Assembly (NCBI GenBank): GCA_951801825.1 | Contig: CATOOF010000001.1 | Coordinates: 8,936 to 72,935, forward strand | DNA length: 64,000 nucleotides | DNA from: an uncultured Alphaproteobacteria bacterium | GTDB taxonomy: Bacteria; Pseudomonadota; Alphaproteobacteria; Rs-D84 | Reading direction: 5' to 3' | Shown here: piece by piece, positions 1 through 10,376 of the stretch | Layout of the letters: each line of letters starts with the position of its first letter | Numbering within the stretch: the stretch's first letter is position 1 | Program-made: the position numbers and the translations under genes | The notes under the pieces: model-generated | What the model saw: the letters and a program-made list of their open reading frames with translations, nothing else | Database searches by the model: none | Told to the model about the DNA's origin: nothing

Positions 1-142
1 GACCTGCCTTGTCACCAACCACAACCAATGCCGAGAAGGACATGTTGCGGCCGCCCTTAACTGTTTTCGAGACGCGATTGATAGAAACCAGTTTATCTAC
101 CAAGTTATCCGTCTGCAATTTTTTATCATCAAAACGTGCCAT
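1..142 (-). CDS. rpsE: 30S ribosomal protein S5, 5' part (runs off window start)
   Basis: Minus-strand translation from ATG at 140-142 gives [47 protein letters not shown], the S5 N-terminal signature. It sits 25 nt downstream of rplR in the canonical spc order. Confidence 0.85.
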   Translation of the reverse strand, partial: MARFDDKKLQTDNLVDKLVSINRVSKTVKGGRNMSFSALVVVGDKAG

Positions 143-167
143 TTTTTATGTACTCCGTATATTCCAA

Positions 168-542
168 TTAGATTCTGACGCCACCGGCGCGAATAGCTTC
201 GCACAGGGCCTTTACGCGACCGTGATAGCGATATCCGCCGCGGTCAAAATAACAGTTATCAGCAATATTAGCCTTTACTGCGCGTTCAGCAAATGTTTTG
301 CCAACCAGCTCAGCACCGGCAACATTCCAGCCCTGACCCTTAAAGTCTTTTTCCTTTGACGATGCGGCACAAACAGTGTGACCCTTTACATCATCAATCG
401 CCTGAATCTCAATATGACGCCCGGAACGAAAAACCGACAGACGGATTTTGCCAGGATTCTTTCTTTTCAACGCACCACGGTTTGCCAGTGTGCGTCTTTC
501 TTCTGTAGACAAATGTTTCAACATTTTGTTTCCTTTTTGCAT
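168..542 (-). CDS. rplR: 50S ribosomal protein L18
   Basis: ORF-track protein matches the L18 family (…FDRGGYRYHGRVKALCEAIRAGG) and sits at the expected operon position. Confidence 0.9.
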   Translation of the reverse strand: MQKGNKMLKHLSTEERRTLANRGALKRKNPGKIRLSVFRSGRHIEIQAIDDVKGHTVCAASSKEKDFKGQGWNVAGAELVGKTFAERAVKANIADNCYFDRGGYRYHGRVKALCEAIRAGGVRI

Positions 543-571
543 ATCCCCGTAACAGCGGGAATCACTATTTA

Positions 572-1123
572 TTATTTCTTTTTACCTTCCTTGCGGCGGA
601 TTTTTTCGCCCTTATAGAAGATGCCCTTACCCTTGTACGGATCTGCTTTGCGAACCTTGTGAATCTTGTCAGCAAACTGACCAACCAGGCACTTGTCAAC
701 ACCGCTTATGATAAATTCAGTTGGTGCATCGCCCATCTGGACAGACAATCCGGCCGGAATCGGCATAATAACATCATGTGAATAACCTGCAACCAATACC
801 AAATCGTTACCTTTTACAGATGCCTTGTAACCGACGCCTTTCATGTACATAGCTTTTTTAAAGCCTTCCGAAACGCCTTCAATAGCCGCACGTACATTGC
901 GTGCCATCGTACCCCACATTGCACGGGACGCTTTGTCTTCCGCGTCTTTGGGTGTAATTACAATATGACCGTCTTCAATTTTAATATCAACCAAACCTGC
1001 ATTTTTGGTATCCAACGGCAGTTTTACTTCGCCCTTTGGGCCCTTTACGACCAGAACCGCATCCGCCATTTCAACGGAAACACCGTCCTGGATTTTTACT
1101 GGATATTTTCCTGCACGAGACAT
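572..1123 (-). CDS. rplF: 50S ribosomal protein L6
   Basis: MSRAGKYPVKIQDGVSVE… matches L6 in length and sequence; spc operon order. Confidence 0.93.
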   Translation of the reverse strand: MSRAGKYPVKIQDGVSVEMADAVLVVKGPKGEVKLPLDTKNAGLVDIKIEDGHIVITPKDAEDKASRAMWGTMARNVRAAIEGVSEGFKKAMYMKGVGYKASVKGNDLVLVAGYSHDVIMPIPAGLSVQMGDAPTEFIISGVDKCLVGQFADKIHKVRKADPYKGKGIFYKGEKIRRKEGKKK

Positions 1124-1142
1124 AACTTGTTCCTCACTTCAA

Positions 1143-1541
1143 TTAGATAACCTTGCACAACACTTCGCCGCCGACATTCATCATGCGAGCCTTGTGGTCA
1201 GTCATTACGCCGTTGGGGGTTGATACAATTGCAATACCCAGACCATTTAATACTTTCGGCATTTTTGCACTGCCGGAATAAACACGACGGCCGGGTTTAG
1301 ATACTACGGAAATTTCCTGAATTGCACCGTTTCCGCCAACATACTTCAGCTCAACGATTAAATTTGAACGATGTTCGTCAATCTGTTCCTTGCGAAAATC
1401 AGTGATGAAACCTTCATCTTTCAGTACGGACAAAACCGCGGCGCGCAAATTGCTGGCCGGGACGGTAATGGTTTCCTTACCTGCATTCTGCCCGTTGCGA
1501 ATGCGGGTCACCATATCTCCTATTGGGTGTGATAATGACAT
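1143..1541 (-). CDS. rpsH: 30S ribosomal protein S8
   Basis: MSLSHPIGDMVTRIRNGQ… is the classic S8 N-terminus; 132 aa. Confidence 0.94.
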   Translation of the reverse strand: MSLSHPIGDMVTRIRNGQNAGKETITVPASNLRAAVLSVLKDEGFITDFRKEQIDEHRSNLIVELKYVGGNGAIQEISVVSKPGRRVYSGSAKMPKVLNGLGIAIVSTPNGVMTDHKARMMNVGGEVLCKVI

Positions 1542-1610
1542 CTTTTACTCCTATTATGCCGAATAATTTCGGCTCAAACAGCTGCATTGTCCACAGCTGC
1601 GATTGTTGTT

Positions 1611-1913
1611 TTACCAGCTCGACTTACGTACGCCCGGCAGTTTACCTTCGGACGCCATTGTACGAACCTGCTGACGGCACAGACCGAACATGCGGGAAAA
1701 ACCGCGTGAACGTCCCGTAACGCTACAACGATTGCGCAAACGTGTAGGATTTGCATTGCGTGGCAGTTTTGCCAGCTTTTTCATCGCCTCCATACGTTCA
1801 TCAGGCGTGGCATTGACGGACATCTTGGCCTTTATCGCATCATGCTTTTTAGCATACTGCGCGACCAGTTTTTCACGTCTTTTCTGTTTGTTTATCAACG
1901 CTAACTTAGCCAT
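1611..1913 (-). CDS. rpsN: 30S ribosomal protein S14
   Basis: 100 aa, ends …[41 protein letters not shown], the S14 signature. Confidence 0.93.
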   Translation of the reverse strand: MAKLALINKQKRREKLVAQYAKKHDAIKAKMSVNATPDERMEAMKKLAKLPRNANPTRLRNRCSVTGRSRGFSRMFGLCRQQVRTMASEGKLPGVRKSSW

Positions 1914-1931
1914 TTTTTTTCCTTACTCTTA

Positions 1932-2477
1932 TTATTTCAAAACCAACGGCAGGCCGATTTTTGTCAGCAGTGCGCGGGCCTCTTCATCTGTCTTTGCGGT
2001 TGTGGCAATAACAATGTCCATACCGCGGATTGCATCAATCTTGTCAACGGAAATTTCAGGGAAAATCAAATGTTCCTTGATACCGAAGGCATAGTTTCCA
2101 CGGCCATCAAACTTGGATTTGGACAAACCGCGAAAGTCTTTTACGCGCGGCAATGCAACCGTAATCAACTTGTCCAGGAAATCATACATTCTTTTACCAC
2201 GCAAGGTTACTTTTGTACCAATAGGCTGGCCTTCGCGCAGACGGTATGTCGCAATTGATTTTTTCGCACGTGTAATAACAGATTTCTGAGCCGCAATCGC
2301 AGTCAAATCTGCCGCGGCAGAATCCAATTTCTTTTTGTCCGAAACAGCTTCACCGACACCCATGTTCAAAACAATCTTTGTCAATTTCGGAACGGCCAGC
2401 TCGTTCGTATAGCCGAATTCTTTTTTCAATTCAGGCACGATATTTTTTTCATAAATTTCACGCAATCTGCTTTGCAT
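1932..2477 (-). CDS. rplE: 50S ribosomal protein L5
   Basis: [25 protein letters not shown]…; 181 aa L5 family. Confidence 0.93.
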   Translation of the reverse strand: MQSRLREIYEKNIVPELKKEFGYTNELAVPKLTKIVLNMGVGEAVSDKKKLDSAAADLTAIAAQKSVITRAKKSIATYRLREGQPIGTKVTLRGKRMYDFLDKLITVALPRVKDFRGLSKSKFDGRGNYAFGIKEHLIFPEISVDKIDAIRGMDIVIATTAKTDEEARALLTKIGLPLVLK

Positions 2478-2525
2478 TTTTTTATTCCTTACATTTATTG
2501 TTCCCGTAACAGCGGGAAACCATTC

Positions 2526-2828
2526 TTATATCTGGGCCCCAGATTTTTTTGCAATGCGAACTTTCTTGCCCTCTTCCATTTTATAGCCAGCGCGTGTGGC
2601 CTTTTTGGTTTTCGGATCAATCAGCGCGACATTGGATACATGAACCGGTGCCTCGCGGTCAATGATATGACCAGGTTGTTCCTGAGTGGGTTTGATGTGC
2701 CATTTGCGGCGGTTCACACCCTCAACTACAACGCGGGATTCCGTCGGACGCGCTTCCAGCACTTTGCCTTTAACGCCCTTGTACTTCCCAGAGATAACTA
2801 CGACTTCGTCGCCTTTCTTTATTTTCAT
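2526..2828 (-). CDS. rplX: 50S ribosomal protein L24
   Basis: [23 protein letters not shown]… KOW-type L24. Confidence 0.92.
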   Translation of the reverse strand: MKIKKGDEVVVISGKYKGVKGKVLEARPTESRVVVEGVNRRKWHIKPTQEQPGHIIDREAPVHVSNVALIDPKTKKATRAGYKMEEGKKVRIAKKSGAQI

Positions 2829-2869
2829 TTTGCTCGCCTTTTATCTTTGATGTTACCTGTCGGCCAATA

Positions 2870-3244
2870 TTATATAACCTCTGGCGCCAAGGAGACAATC
2901 TTCTGAACGTCATACTTACGACGCACTTCACGGGCAATCGGCCCAAAGATACGCGTACCAATCGGATCAAAGTTGTTTTTGTTAATCAAAACAACCGCAT
3001 TGTCGTCAAAGCGGATGATAGAGCCATCCGGACGCTTTACCGGGAATTTGGTGCGAACGATAATAGCGCGCTGAACCGTACCCTTTTGAACCTTACCGCG
3101 TGGAATTGCTTCCTTAATCGCGACGACAATTTTGTCACCAACCGTTGCATAGCGGCGATGAGAACCGCCCAGAACCTTGATGCACATTGCTTTCCGCGCA
3201 CCAGAGTTATCTGCAACTGTCATAACTGTTTCATTCTGAATCAT
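2870..3244 (-). CDS. rplN: 50S ribosomal protein L14
   Basis: [28 protein letters not shown]… L14 signature. Confidence 0.94.
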   Translation of the reverse strand: MIQNETVMTVADNSGARKAMCIKVLGGSHRRYATVGDKIVVAIKEAIPRGKVQKGTVQRAIIVRTKFPVKRPDGSIIRFDDNAVVLINKNNFDPIGTRIFGPIAREVRRKYDVQKIVSLAPEVI

Positions 3245-3362
3245 TTTTTTACCCTATATCCTGCAAACCGGGCAATCCCCGACTGCTTTGTTACGAGTTC
3301 CGACTGTCAGCACATTTCCATCCCAAATGTGTAACCTCAAAGAACCCTCGGCTTCGGCTTTA

Positions 3363-3629
3363 TTAAGCCACTTCAACCTCATCGTTCTTGGAAACGCCAA
3401 CGCGTCCCTTTACGACCCAAGATTTTGTCTTGGAAATCGGACGATGTTCCTCTATCGCAACAATGTCGCCAACTTTAAATTCGTTGTTTTCATCGTGCGC
3501 CTTGTATTTTTTATTCTGCTTCACGAACTTACCATACAGCGGATGACGGAAACGACGTTCCACTTCAACGACAACCGTTTTGTCGTTTGCTGTACTTTTA
3601 ACTGTTCCCTGCAGTATACGTCTTGGCAT
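3363..3629 (-). CDS. rpsQ: 30S ribosomal protein S17
   Basis: …[41 protein letters not shown]; S17 family. Confidence 0.92.
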   Translation of the reverse strand: MPRRILQGTVKSTANDKTVVVEVERRFRHPLYGKFVKQNKKYKAHDENNEFKVGDIVAIEEHRPISKTKSWVVKGRVGVSKNDEVEVA

Positions 3630-3773
3630 AACTTATGTCCCTTACCTGTTTTAACCCCCAGTTTCCGGCGCATTTGGCACCGGACACGATGGTTAAGTTG
3701 CTTGTTTTTTCAACCAATTTCGGCATATGATATCTAAAAATTTAGAAATCTCAACAAAAATCGGCAATTTTTT

Positions 3774-3968
3774 TTATTTTTTTGCTGCATTCAGCTTTGT
3801 TTTGACGCGTGCAATTTCACGACGGGTCTGACGAATAACGTGTGTCTTCGGCAACTGACCCGCGACATGCTGGAAACGCTGGTTCATTTGTTCCTTGCTC
3901 AAATCAACCAATTTGCTCTGCAATGCTTCCACCGTCAAAGATTCTTTTTCAACTTTCTTGTCTGCCAT
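3774..3968 (-). CDS. rpmC: 50S ribosomal protein L29 (start uncertain: 3968 or 3989)
   Basis: MADKKVEKESLTVEALQSKLVDLSKEQMNQRFQ… fits L29 in length and pattern. The ORF extends further upstream but the canonical protein is about 64 aa. Confidence 0.8.
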   Translation of the reverse strand: MADKKVEKESLTVEALQSKLVDLSKEQMNQRFQHVAGQLPKTHVIRQTRREIARVKTKLNAAKK

Positions 3969-4022
3969 TTTAGCTACCTTTTTTTGCATCTGGCCCATAC
4001 ACGACCACATACAACCTTTTTA

Positions 4023-4436
4023 TTAGTTAACCTTGCGTTCAACAATCTTTGTCTTAACCGGCAATTTTGCAGCAGCCAATGCGAACGCTTCGTATGCTAC
4101 TTCCGGCTTTACACCGTCCAATTCGAACATGATACGGCCCGGCTTTACACGGCAAATCCAGTATTCAACCGCACCTTTACCTTTACCCATACGAACTTCG
4201 GCAGGTTTCTTTGTTACCGGAACATCCGGGAAAATACGAATCCACAATTTACCCATACGTTTCATATGACGCGTGATTGCGCGACGAGCCGCCTCTATCT
4301 GGCGTGCTGTAACGCGTTCCGGAGTCATGGCCTTCAGTCCAAAAGAACCAAATGCCAATTCGCTACCACCTTTGGTCGCACCATGGATGCGGCCTTTGTG
4401 CTGTTTGCGAAATTTTGTTTTTGTTGGCATCAACAT
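4023..4436 (-). CDS. rplP: 50S ribosomal protein L16
   Basis: [24 protein letters not shown]… L16 signature. Confidence 0.94.
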   Translation of the reverse strand: MLMPTKTKFRKQHKGRIHGATKGGSELAFGSFGLKAMTPERVTARQIEAARRAITRHMKRMGKLWIRIFPDVPVTKKPAEVRMGKGKGAVEYWICRVKPGRIMFELDGVKPEVAYEAFALAAAKLPVKTKIVERKVN

Positions 4437-4504
4437 AATTAACTACCTTTTATTACTTGTTCTAATTTTTGTTTCCCCGGCGCCATATAGACGCCGGCAA
4501 AAAT

Positions 4505-5206
4505 TTACTTGCTTTTTCTTTCGCTGCTGCCGGCGTATTCGGCGGGTCTCGCCATTTCAGATGCCAGCTTTTCCTTGTTTACAACATCACCTGTGTAAAT
4601 CCAAACCTTTACACCGATAACGCCGTATGTTGTTTTCGCCTGGATAGACGCATAATCAATATCCGCACGCAGTGTATGCAACGGAATGCGTCCTTCGCGG
4701 ATTTGTTCGCTACGCGCGATTTCCGCACCGTTCAGTCGACCAGAGCACATAACCTTGATACCCTGTGCGCCCGCTTTCAGGGCATTCTGAACAGCCTTTT
4801 TCATGGCGCGCTTCGGCGATACACGGCCCTCAATCTGCTGTGCCATGTTCTGCGCGACCAACTGGGCATTCAAATCAGGACGGCGAACTTCATAAATGTT
4901 AACGACAACCTGATCATTTTTAACCAATTTCTTGATATCGTTACGCAGTGCTTCAATATCTGCACCGTTTTTGCCGATAATCATACCCGGGCGTGATGTA
5001 TGGATTGTAACAACCACTTTCTTGGCAAAGCGTTCAACAACAACCTTGGCCAAGCCCGCTTTCTTCAACTTCTTTTCAATAAATTTACGGATTTTAATAT
5101 CCTCGGCAACCAATGCGGCGTAATCTTTTTTACCCGCAATCCAGCGTGAGTCTGTAATCTTGTTAATACCCAGACGCTGTGAAATTGGCGATACTTTCTG
5201 TCCCAT
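4505..5206 (-). CDS. rpsC: 30S ribosomal protein S3
   Basis: MGQKVSPISQRLGINK… KH-domain S3, 233 aa. Confidence 0.94.
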   Translation of the reverse strand: MGQKVSPISQRLGINKITDSRWIAGKKDYAALVAEDIKIRKFIEKKLKKAGLAKVVVERFAKKVVVTIHTSRPGMIIGKNGADIEALRNDIKKLVKNDQVVVNIYEVRRPDLNAQLVAQNMAQQIEGRVSPKRAMKKAVQNALKAGAQGIKVMCSGRLNGAEIARSEQIREGRIPLHTLRADIDYASIQAKTTYGVIGVKVWIYTGDVVNKEKLASEMARPAEYAGSSERKSK

Positions 5207-5296
5207 TTTCTTTTTTCCTTGTTTTAAGGGCCTTGTGTTCTTGAAACCGTTATGGTTTTATTCAGGATTTCTCCATACCACCGGCCCCGGCTTTTA

Positions 5297-5701
5297 TTAT
5301 TTTGCTTTTGTTTCTTTTTTTGCCTTTTTGGACGGCGCAACGCCTGATTCCAAAACGATTGTCAGATTCGAGAAAGGTTTCAAAATCGGACGCGCACTAC
5401 CACGCGGACCGGCCATGATACGTTTCATCGTCAGTGCTTTTCCGCACCATATTTCCTTAACAAACAGTGTGTCCACCGGCAGATTCTTGTTGTGTTCCGC
5501 ATTCGCAACCGCAGACAGCAGAGTCTTTAAAACTTCGCCTGCAACGCGCTTTTTCGAAAACTTCAAGACATCAACCGCACGCTCTACCGGCAACCCGCGA
5601 ACCATATCGCACACCAGGTTCAATTTCTGGTGGCTGACGCGAATCATTTTATTAAAGGCGCGAACCTGATTCTCTTTAATTCCATATCTTGTCGTTGTCA
5701 T
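5297..5701 (-). CDS. rplV: 50S ribosomal protein L22 (with Lys-rich C-terminal tail)
   Basis: L22 family sequence, with an extra C-terminal …APSKKAKKETKAK tail. Confidence 0.9.
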   Translation of the reverse strand: MTTTRYGIKENQVRAFNKMIRVSHQKLNLVCDMVRGLPVERAVDVLKFSKKRVAGEVLKTLLSAVANAEHNKNLPVDTLFVKEIWCGKALTMKRIMAGPRGSARPILKPFSNLTIVLESGVAPSKKAKKETKAK

Positions 5702-5713
5702 AACTACTTACCT

Positions 5714-5998
5714 TTATTTCTTGGCGGCCGCGGCCTTTTTATTTGCAGCGTGACCCTTAAATGTACGCGTCGGGGCAAATTCACCCAACTTGTGCCCAAT
5801 CATATCTTCTACGATGGATACAGGAATAAATTTGTTACCATTGTGAACCTCAAAGGTCAGTCCAACCATCGGCGGAACAATTGTGCTGCCGCGGGACCAT
5901 GTTTTAATCGGCTTGTGGTCGTCTTTTTCAATCGCCGCAGCTGTCTTTTTCAAGACAGAGGGATGAACATACGGACCTTTCCAAACTGAACGAGACAT
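5714..5998 (-). CDS. rpsS: 30S ribosomal protein S19
   Basis: [18 protein letters not shown]… S19 signature. Confidence 0.94.
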   Translation of the reverse strand: MSRSVWKGPYVHPSVLKKTAAAIEKDDHKPIKTWSRGSTIVPPMVGLTFEVHNGNKFIPVSIVEDMIGHKLGEFAPTRTFKGHAANKKAAAAKK

Positions 5999-6055
5999 TA
6001 ATAACTCCGTTTTTTATCTTTGGTCGGCCACCCATATAGATAGCCGACTTATTTA

Positions 6056-6889
6056 TTATTTCTTCTTTGCCAAATGTCTGCTGCGGATAATCATCTTAGC
6101 AGTGCGCTTGTTGCTACGTGTGCGGTAACCCTTGGCCGGAATACCTGTACGTGATACAGGCTCGTGACCCTTAGAGTGACCATTACCACCACCCATCGGG
6201 TGATCGTTCGGGTTCATCGCCATACCGCGTACGGACGGGCGAATACCCAACCAGCGTGCACGCCCAGCCTTACCCAGGTTTACATTGCGCTGATCCGGAT
6301 TTGAAACACTGCCAACCGTCGCCAGACAGTCAGAGTGAACCTTGCGCAGTTCGCCGCTGTTCATTTTAATCTGAGCATACACACCGTCCTTACCCATCAA
6401 CTGAGCATAGCAACCGGCACTGCGAGCCAGCTGGCCGCCTGCACCCGGTTTCAGTTCGACGTTGTGAACAATTGTACCAATCGGCATGTTCTTCAAGGGC
6501 ATTGCATTACCCGGCTTGATATCTTCGCGCTGGCCGGAAATAACAGTATCACCAACTTTCAAATCACGCGGCGCCAGGATATAGGAACGAACACCGTCCG
6601 TATATTCAATCAGTGCGATAAACGCAGTACGGTTCGGATCGTATTCCAGACGAACAACAGTTGCCGGAACACCGGTCTTTTTACGCTTAAAATCAATCAA
6701 ACGATATTTACGCTTGTGACCGCCGCCCTGATGCATGACGGTTACATGGCCCATATTGTTACGGCCACCTTTGGATTTCAAACCAACAGTCAGCGATTTT
6801 TCCGGTGCGCCGCGGTGCAGTTCACTGCGGTCGACCTGGGTCAGGCCACGCATACCCGGCGTATTCGGCTTATAATGCTTTAATGCCAT
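6056..6889 (-). CDS. rplB: 50S ribosomal protein L2
   Basis: 277 aa with the …[15 protein letters not shown]… and …[17 protein letters not shown] motifs of L2. Confidence 0.95.
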   Translation of the reverse strand: MALKHYKPNTPGMRGLTQVDRSELHRGAPEKSLTVGLKSKGGRNNMGHVTVMHQGGGHKRKYRLIDFKRKKTGVPATVVRLEYDPNRTAFIALIEYTDGVRSYILAPRDLKVGDTVISGQREDIKPGNAMPLKNMPIGTIVHNVELKPGAGGQLARSAGCYAQLMGKDGVYAQIKMNSGELRKVHSDCLATVGSVSNPDQRNVNLGKAGRARWLGIRPSVRGMAMNPNDHPMGGGNGHSKGHEPVSRTGIPAKGYRTRSNKRTAKMIIRSRHLAKKK

Positions 6890-6963
6890 TTTTTCTTACC
6901 TTTGCTTTGTTCTGACACTAACGTCCAGTTACCCCGGATTCTCTGCCAGAACGGTTTATTTTA

Positions 6964-7296
6964 TTATATATTTGCGGACAGGTCCAGTTTTGCATCTGCC
7001 GGCAACGAAACGTATGCCTTTTTAACAGTGCGCTGTGTACCTGTGCTGCGGCCACGGAAAGTTTTAACTTTACCCTTGGTAACCACAATGTTAACCTTGG
7101 TCGGTTTTACATTGTAGATTGCCTGAACCGCACGTGCAACATCCTCTTTTGTGGCATCTGCCGCAACTTCGAATGCAACACCATTGTTTTCAGACAGTTT
7201 TGCTGCCTTTTCCGAGATTATCGGACGACGCAGTATACCATAAGTATCAGCGGTCGCAACGATTTTTTTCTCTGTACTAACTTTTTTTTCTGCCAT
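6964..7296 (-). CDS. rplW: 50S ribosomal protein L23
   Basis: 110 aa L23-like protein at the expected position between L4 and L2. Confidence 0.88.
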   Translation of the reverse strand: MAEKKVSTEKKIVATADTYGILRRPIISEKAAKLSENNGVAFEVAADATKEDVARAVQAIYNVKPTKVNIVVTKGKVKTFRGRSTGTQRTVKKAYVSLPADAKLDLSANI

Positions 7297-7314
7297 TTTA
7301 TTGACCTTTCTTTA

Positions 7315-7935
7315 TTATGCCAATCTTGCTTCTACCGCTTTGACCGCATCTTGCGTCAAAACCAATTTTTCATGTTTCAGGATGTCCAAAACGTTCAAGC
7401 CCATTGTCGGCAATGCATCAATGTTTGCAATGTTTGCCGCAGATTTTTTGAAGTTTTCATCCAGCGTTTCACCGCCAACAAACAAGGCCGACGTCAGTCC
7501 CAAGTTTTTCAGCTGTTTTGCAAACGCCCCTGTCTTGGCCGCCGACAGCTTTTCGGAATCAATCACAACCAGGCTACCATCTTTTACCTTGGACGACAAC
7601 GCCATTTTCAAGCCCAGACTGCGAATTTTCTTTGGCAAATCGATGCTGTGGTCACGGACAACCGGCCCATGAACAACACCACCGCCGCGCATATGAACAT
7701 TATATTTTTCACCCTGACGCGCATTACCAGTCTTTTTCTGCTTGAACGCCTTTTTACCGCTACCCTCGACATCAGATACGGTTTTAACCGCATGTGTGCC
7801 GGCACGCGACTTGGCACGCTGCCAAGTTACGACGCGATGCAAGATGTCCGCACGGGGTTCCAATCCGAATATCAGGTCCGACAATTCAACCTTGCCGACT
7901 GATTTCCCATCAAAATTTACGATATCTATTTGCAT
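7315..7935 (-). CDS. rplD: 50S ribosomal protein L4
   Basis: 206 aa L4 family protein (…VHMRGGGVVHGPVVRDHS…). Confidence 0.92.
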   Translation of the reverse strand: MQIDIVNFDGKSVGKVELSDLIFGLEPRADILHRVVTWQRAKSRAGTHAVKTVSDVEGSGKKAFKQKKTGNARQGEKYNVHMRGGGVVHGPVVRDHSIDLPKKIRSLGLKMALSSKVKDGSLVVIDSEKLSAAKTGAFAKQLKNLGLTSALFVGGETLDENFKKSAANIANIDALPTMGLNVLDILKHEKLVLTQDAVKAVEARLA

Positions 7936-7973
7936 TTTATTTCACCTTACTCTTGCTGTTACAATTTACTTTA

Positions 7974-8684
7974 TTATTCCGCAACAGCTTCTGTTTCGGT
8001 TGCTTTTACTGCTTCGGCCATTTTTGTCGGCATCGGCAGGTCTTTGTGTTCTTTCTTTACGGCATCCGTTACCAATACGAATGTACCGTTTGCACCCGGA
8101 ACTGCGCCTTCGACAAAAATCAAATTGTCTGCCGCATCTGTGCCGAATACTTTCAGGTTCTGAACCGTTACGGTTTCATTTCCCATCTGACCAGCCATTT
8201 TTTTGCCTTTCAAGACACGACCCGGCCATTCGCGCATACCCGTACCACCAATGGAACGATGCGCTTTCAAAACACCGTGTGTCGCTTCTTTACCGCCGAA
8301 ATTGTGACGCTTCATCGCGCCCTGGAATCCCTTACCCTTGCTTGTCGCCTGAACGTCAACAAATTGACCGGCAACAAAATGTTCCGCCGACAATGCAGTA
8401 CCCGCCGGGATAATGCAATCGTCAGATACGCGGAATTCAACAACCTTGCGGAATGGTTTTACACCCGCCTTTTCTGCTGCGACCGCTTGGGGTTTTGCAA
8501 TATGTTTTGCCTTGGCCTCGCGCATACCTACGATATTTGCGACATAACCGTTCTTGTCCGTCGTACGATTTCCGATAACTGTACAATCGCCGACCGCCAG
8601 GACCGTCACCGCATGGGCCGCCCCCGCGTCGTCATACAGACGCGTCATTCCTATTTTTGTTGTAATTAATCCGCTACGTTTCAT
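7974..8684 (-). CDS. rplC: 50S ribosomal protein L3
   Basis: MKRSGLITTKIGMTRLYDD… L3 signature. Confidence 0.94.
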   Translation of the reverse strand: MKRSGLITTKIGMTRLYDDAGAAHAVTVLAVGDCTVIGNRTTDKNGYVANIVGMREAKAKHIAKPQAVAAEKAGVKPFRKVVEFRVSDDCIIPAGTALSAEHFVAGQFVDVQATSKGKGFQGAMKRHNFGGKEATHGVLKAHRSIGGTGMREWPGRVLKGKKMAGQMGNETVTVQNLKVFGTDAADNLIFVEGAVPGANGTFVLVTDAVKKEHKDLPMPTKMAEAVKATETEAVAE

Positions 8685-8754
8685 TTTTGTTGCCTTTATT
8701 TATGTCAGAGGTTAGCGTGTTTTATTATTTGCATCCCACGCCAACCTAACAGCC

Positions 8755-9066
8755 TTACAATTTAATCTTTACGTCAACTCCGGACGCCAAATCCAACTTC
8801 ATCAAAGCATCAACAGTCTGAGGGGTTGGGTTAACAATGTCGATTACCGCCTTATGATTGCGGATTTCGAACTGCTCACGCGACTTTTTGTCCACGTGCG
8901 GCGAACGGTTCACCGTAAATTTCTGAATCAAAGTCGGCAAGCGAACGGGTCCAACGACATCCGCGCCAGTGCGCTTTGCAGTTTTGACAATTTCTTCCAC
9001 AGATTCCATCAAGACCCTGTGGTCAAATGCCGTCAACTTGATGCGAATTTTAGATGCAGGTACCAT
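8755..9066 (-). CDS. rpsJ: 30S ribosomal protein S10 (start taken at internal Met; ORF extends to 9105)
   Basis: [27 protein letters not shown]… matches the S10/NusE family. The 13-aa upstream extension is probably not translated. Confidence 0.88.
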   Translation of the reverse strand: MVPASKIRIKLTAFDHRVLMESVEEIVKTAKRTGADVVGPVRLPTLIQKFTVNRSPHVDKKSREQFEIRNHKAVIDIVNPTPQTVDALMKLDLASGVDVKIKL

Positions 9067-9145
9067 TTGTTCGTTTTCCTTATGTTTATCCGGGCCGGTA
9101 ATCACTGGCGCTATTTCATCCAGTTACACCGGCCCGTTGGTTGTA

Positions 9146-10333
9146 TTATTTGATAATCTTCGATACAACACCGGCGCCAACCGTGCGACCGCCTTCGCGG
9201 ATAGCAAAGCGACGACCTTCGCTCATAGCAATCGGTGCAATCAGCTGCACTGTGATACGAACGTTGTCACCCGGCAGAACCATTTCTTTGTCAGCCGGCA
9301 ATGTGATTGTACCAGTTACGTCAGTTGTGCTGAAGTAGAACTGCGGACGATAGTTCGAGAAGAACGCCGTGTGACGACCACCCTCTTCTTTCGTCAAGAT
9401 ATAAACTTCAGCTTCGAATTCTGTGTGCGGTGTGATGGAACCCGGTTTGCAGATAATCTGACCACGTTCAACATCTTCTTTCTTTGTACCACGCAACAAC
9501 AGACCTACGTTGTCACCAGCTTCACCCTGATCCAGCAATTTGCGGAACATTTCAACACCGGTAACAGTTGTTTTCTGTGTCGGACGCAGACCAACGATTT
9601 CGCATTCGTCACCAACCTTGATAACACCGGATTCGATACGGCCTGTTACCACGGTACCACGACCTGTGATAGAGAATACGTCTTCAATCGGCATCAAGAA
9701 CGGCTTGTCAACCGGGCGTTCCGGCATCGGGATAAATTCATCGCAAGCCTTCAACAACGCGTCAATAGCTTCTTTGCCCAAACCGTCGTTTTTACCTTCC
9801 AGAGCGGAAATAGCAGAACCACGGATAATCGGAGCATTGTCACCGTCGAAATCGTTCGCAGACAACAGTTCGCGAATTTCCATTTCAACCAATTCCAACA
9901 GTTCCGGATCATTCGCCAAATCGCACTTGTTCAAGAATACAACGATTTTCGGAATACCTACCTGGCGCGCCAACAGAATGTGCTCGCGTGTCTGAGGCAT
10001 CGGACCGTCTGTCGCCGCAACTACCAAGATAGCACCGTCCATCTGCGCGGCACCGGTAATCATGTTTTTAACATAGTCCGCGTGTCCCGGGCAGTCTACG
10101 TGAGCATAGTGACGTGTTTCTGTTTCATATTCAACGTGAGCTGTGTTAATTGTTATACCACGTGCCTTTTCTTCCGGCGCGTTATCAATTTCGTTAACGC
10201 CCTTCGATTTGTCAGCACCAACACCATAACACTGTACAATAGCTGCAGTTGTTGTCGTTTTACCGTGGTCAACGTGACCAATGGTACCGATGTTAACATG
10301 CGGCTTGGTTCTTACATACTTTTCTTTTGCCAT
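9146..10333 (-). CDS. tuf: Elongation factor Tu
   Basis: 395 aa with [17 protein letters not shown] and NKCD GTPase motifs; between fusA and rpsJ as in the str operon. Confidence 0.97.
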   Translation of the reverse strand: MAKEKYVRTKPHVNIGTIGHVDHGKTTTTAAIVQCYGVGADKSKGVNEIDNAPEEKARGITINTAHVEYETETRHYAHVDCPGHADYVKNMITGAAQMDGAILVVAATDGPMPQTREHILLARQVGIPKIVVFLNKCDLANDPELLELVEMEIRELLSANDFDGDNAPIIRGSAISALEGKNDGLGKEAIDALLKACDEFIPMPERPVDKPFLMPIEDVFSITGRGTVVTGRIESGVIKVGDECEIVGLRPTQKTTVTGVEMFRKLLDQGEAGDNVGLLLRGTKKEDVERGQIICKPGSITPHTEFEAEVYILTKEEGGRHTAFFSNYRPQFYFSTTDVTGTITLPADKEMVLPGDNVRITVQLIAPIAMSEGRRFAIREGGRTVGAGVVSKIIK

Positions 10334-10376
10334 AGTTTTCTCCTTAGGCTTTGCTTGTTTAGTTTAAAACTCTATT

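Noticed and set aside
9-359. 116-aa + strand ORF at window start
   Set aside because: Overlaps rpsE and rplR on the opposite strand; the real genes here are S5 and L18.
7742-8669. 223-aa and 291-aa + strand ORFs
   Set aside because: Antisense to rplC/rplD within the ribosomal operon; the translations are compositionally aberrant.
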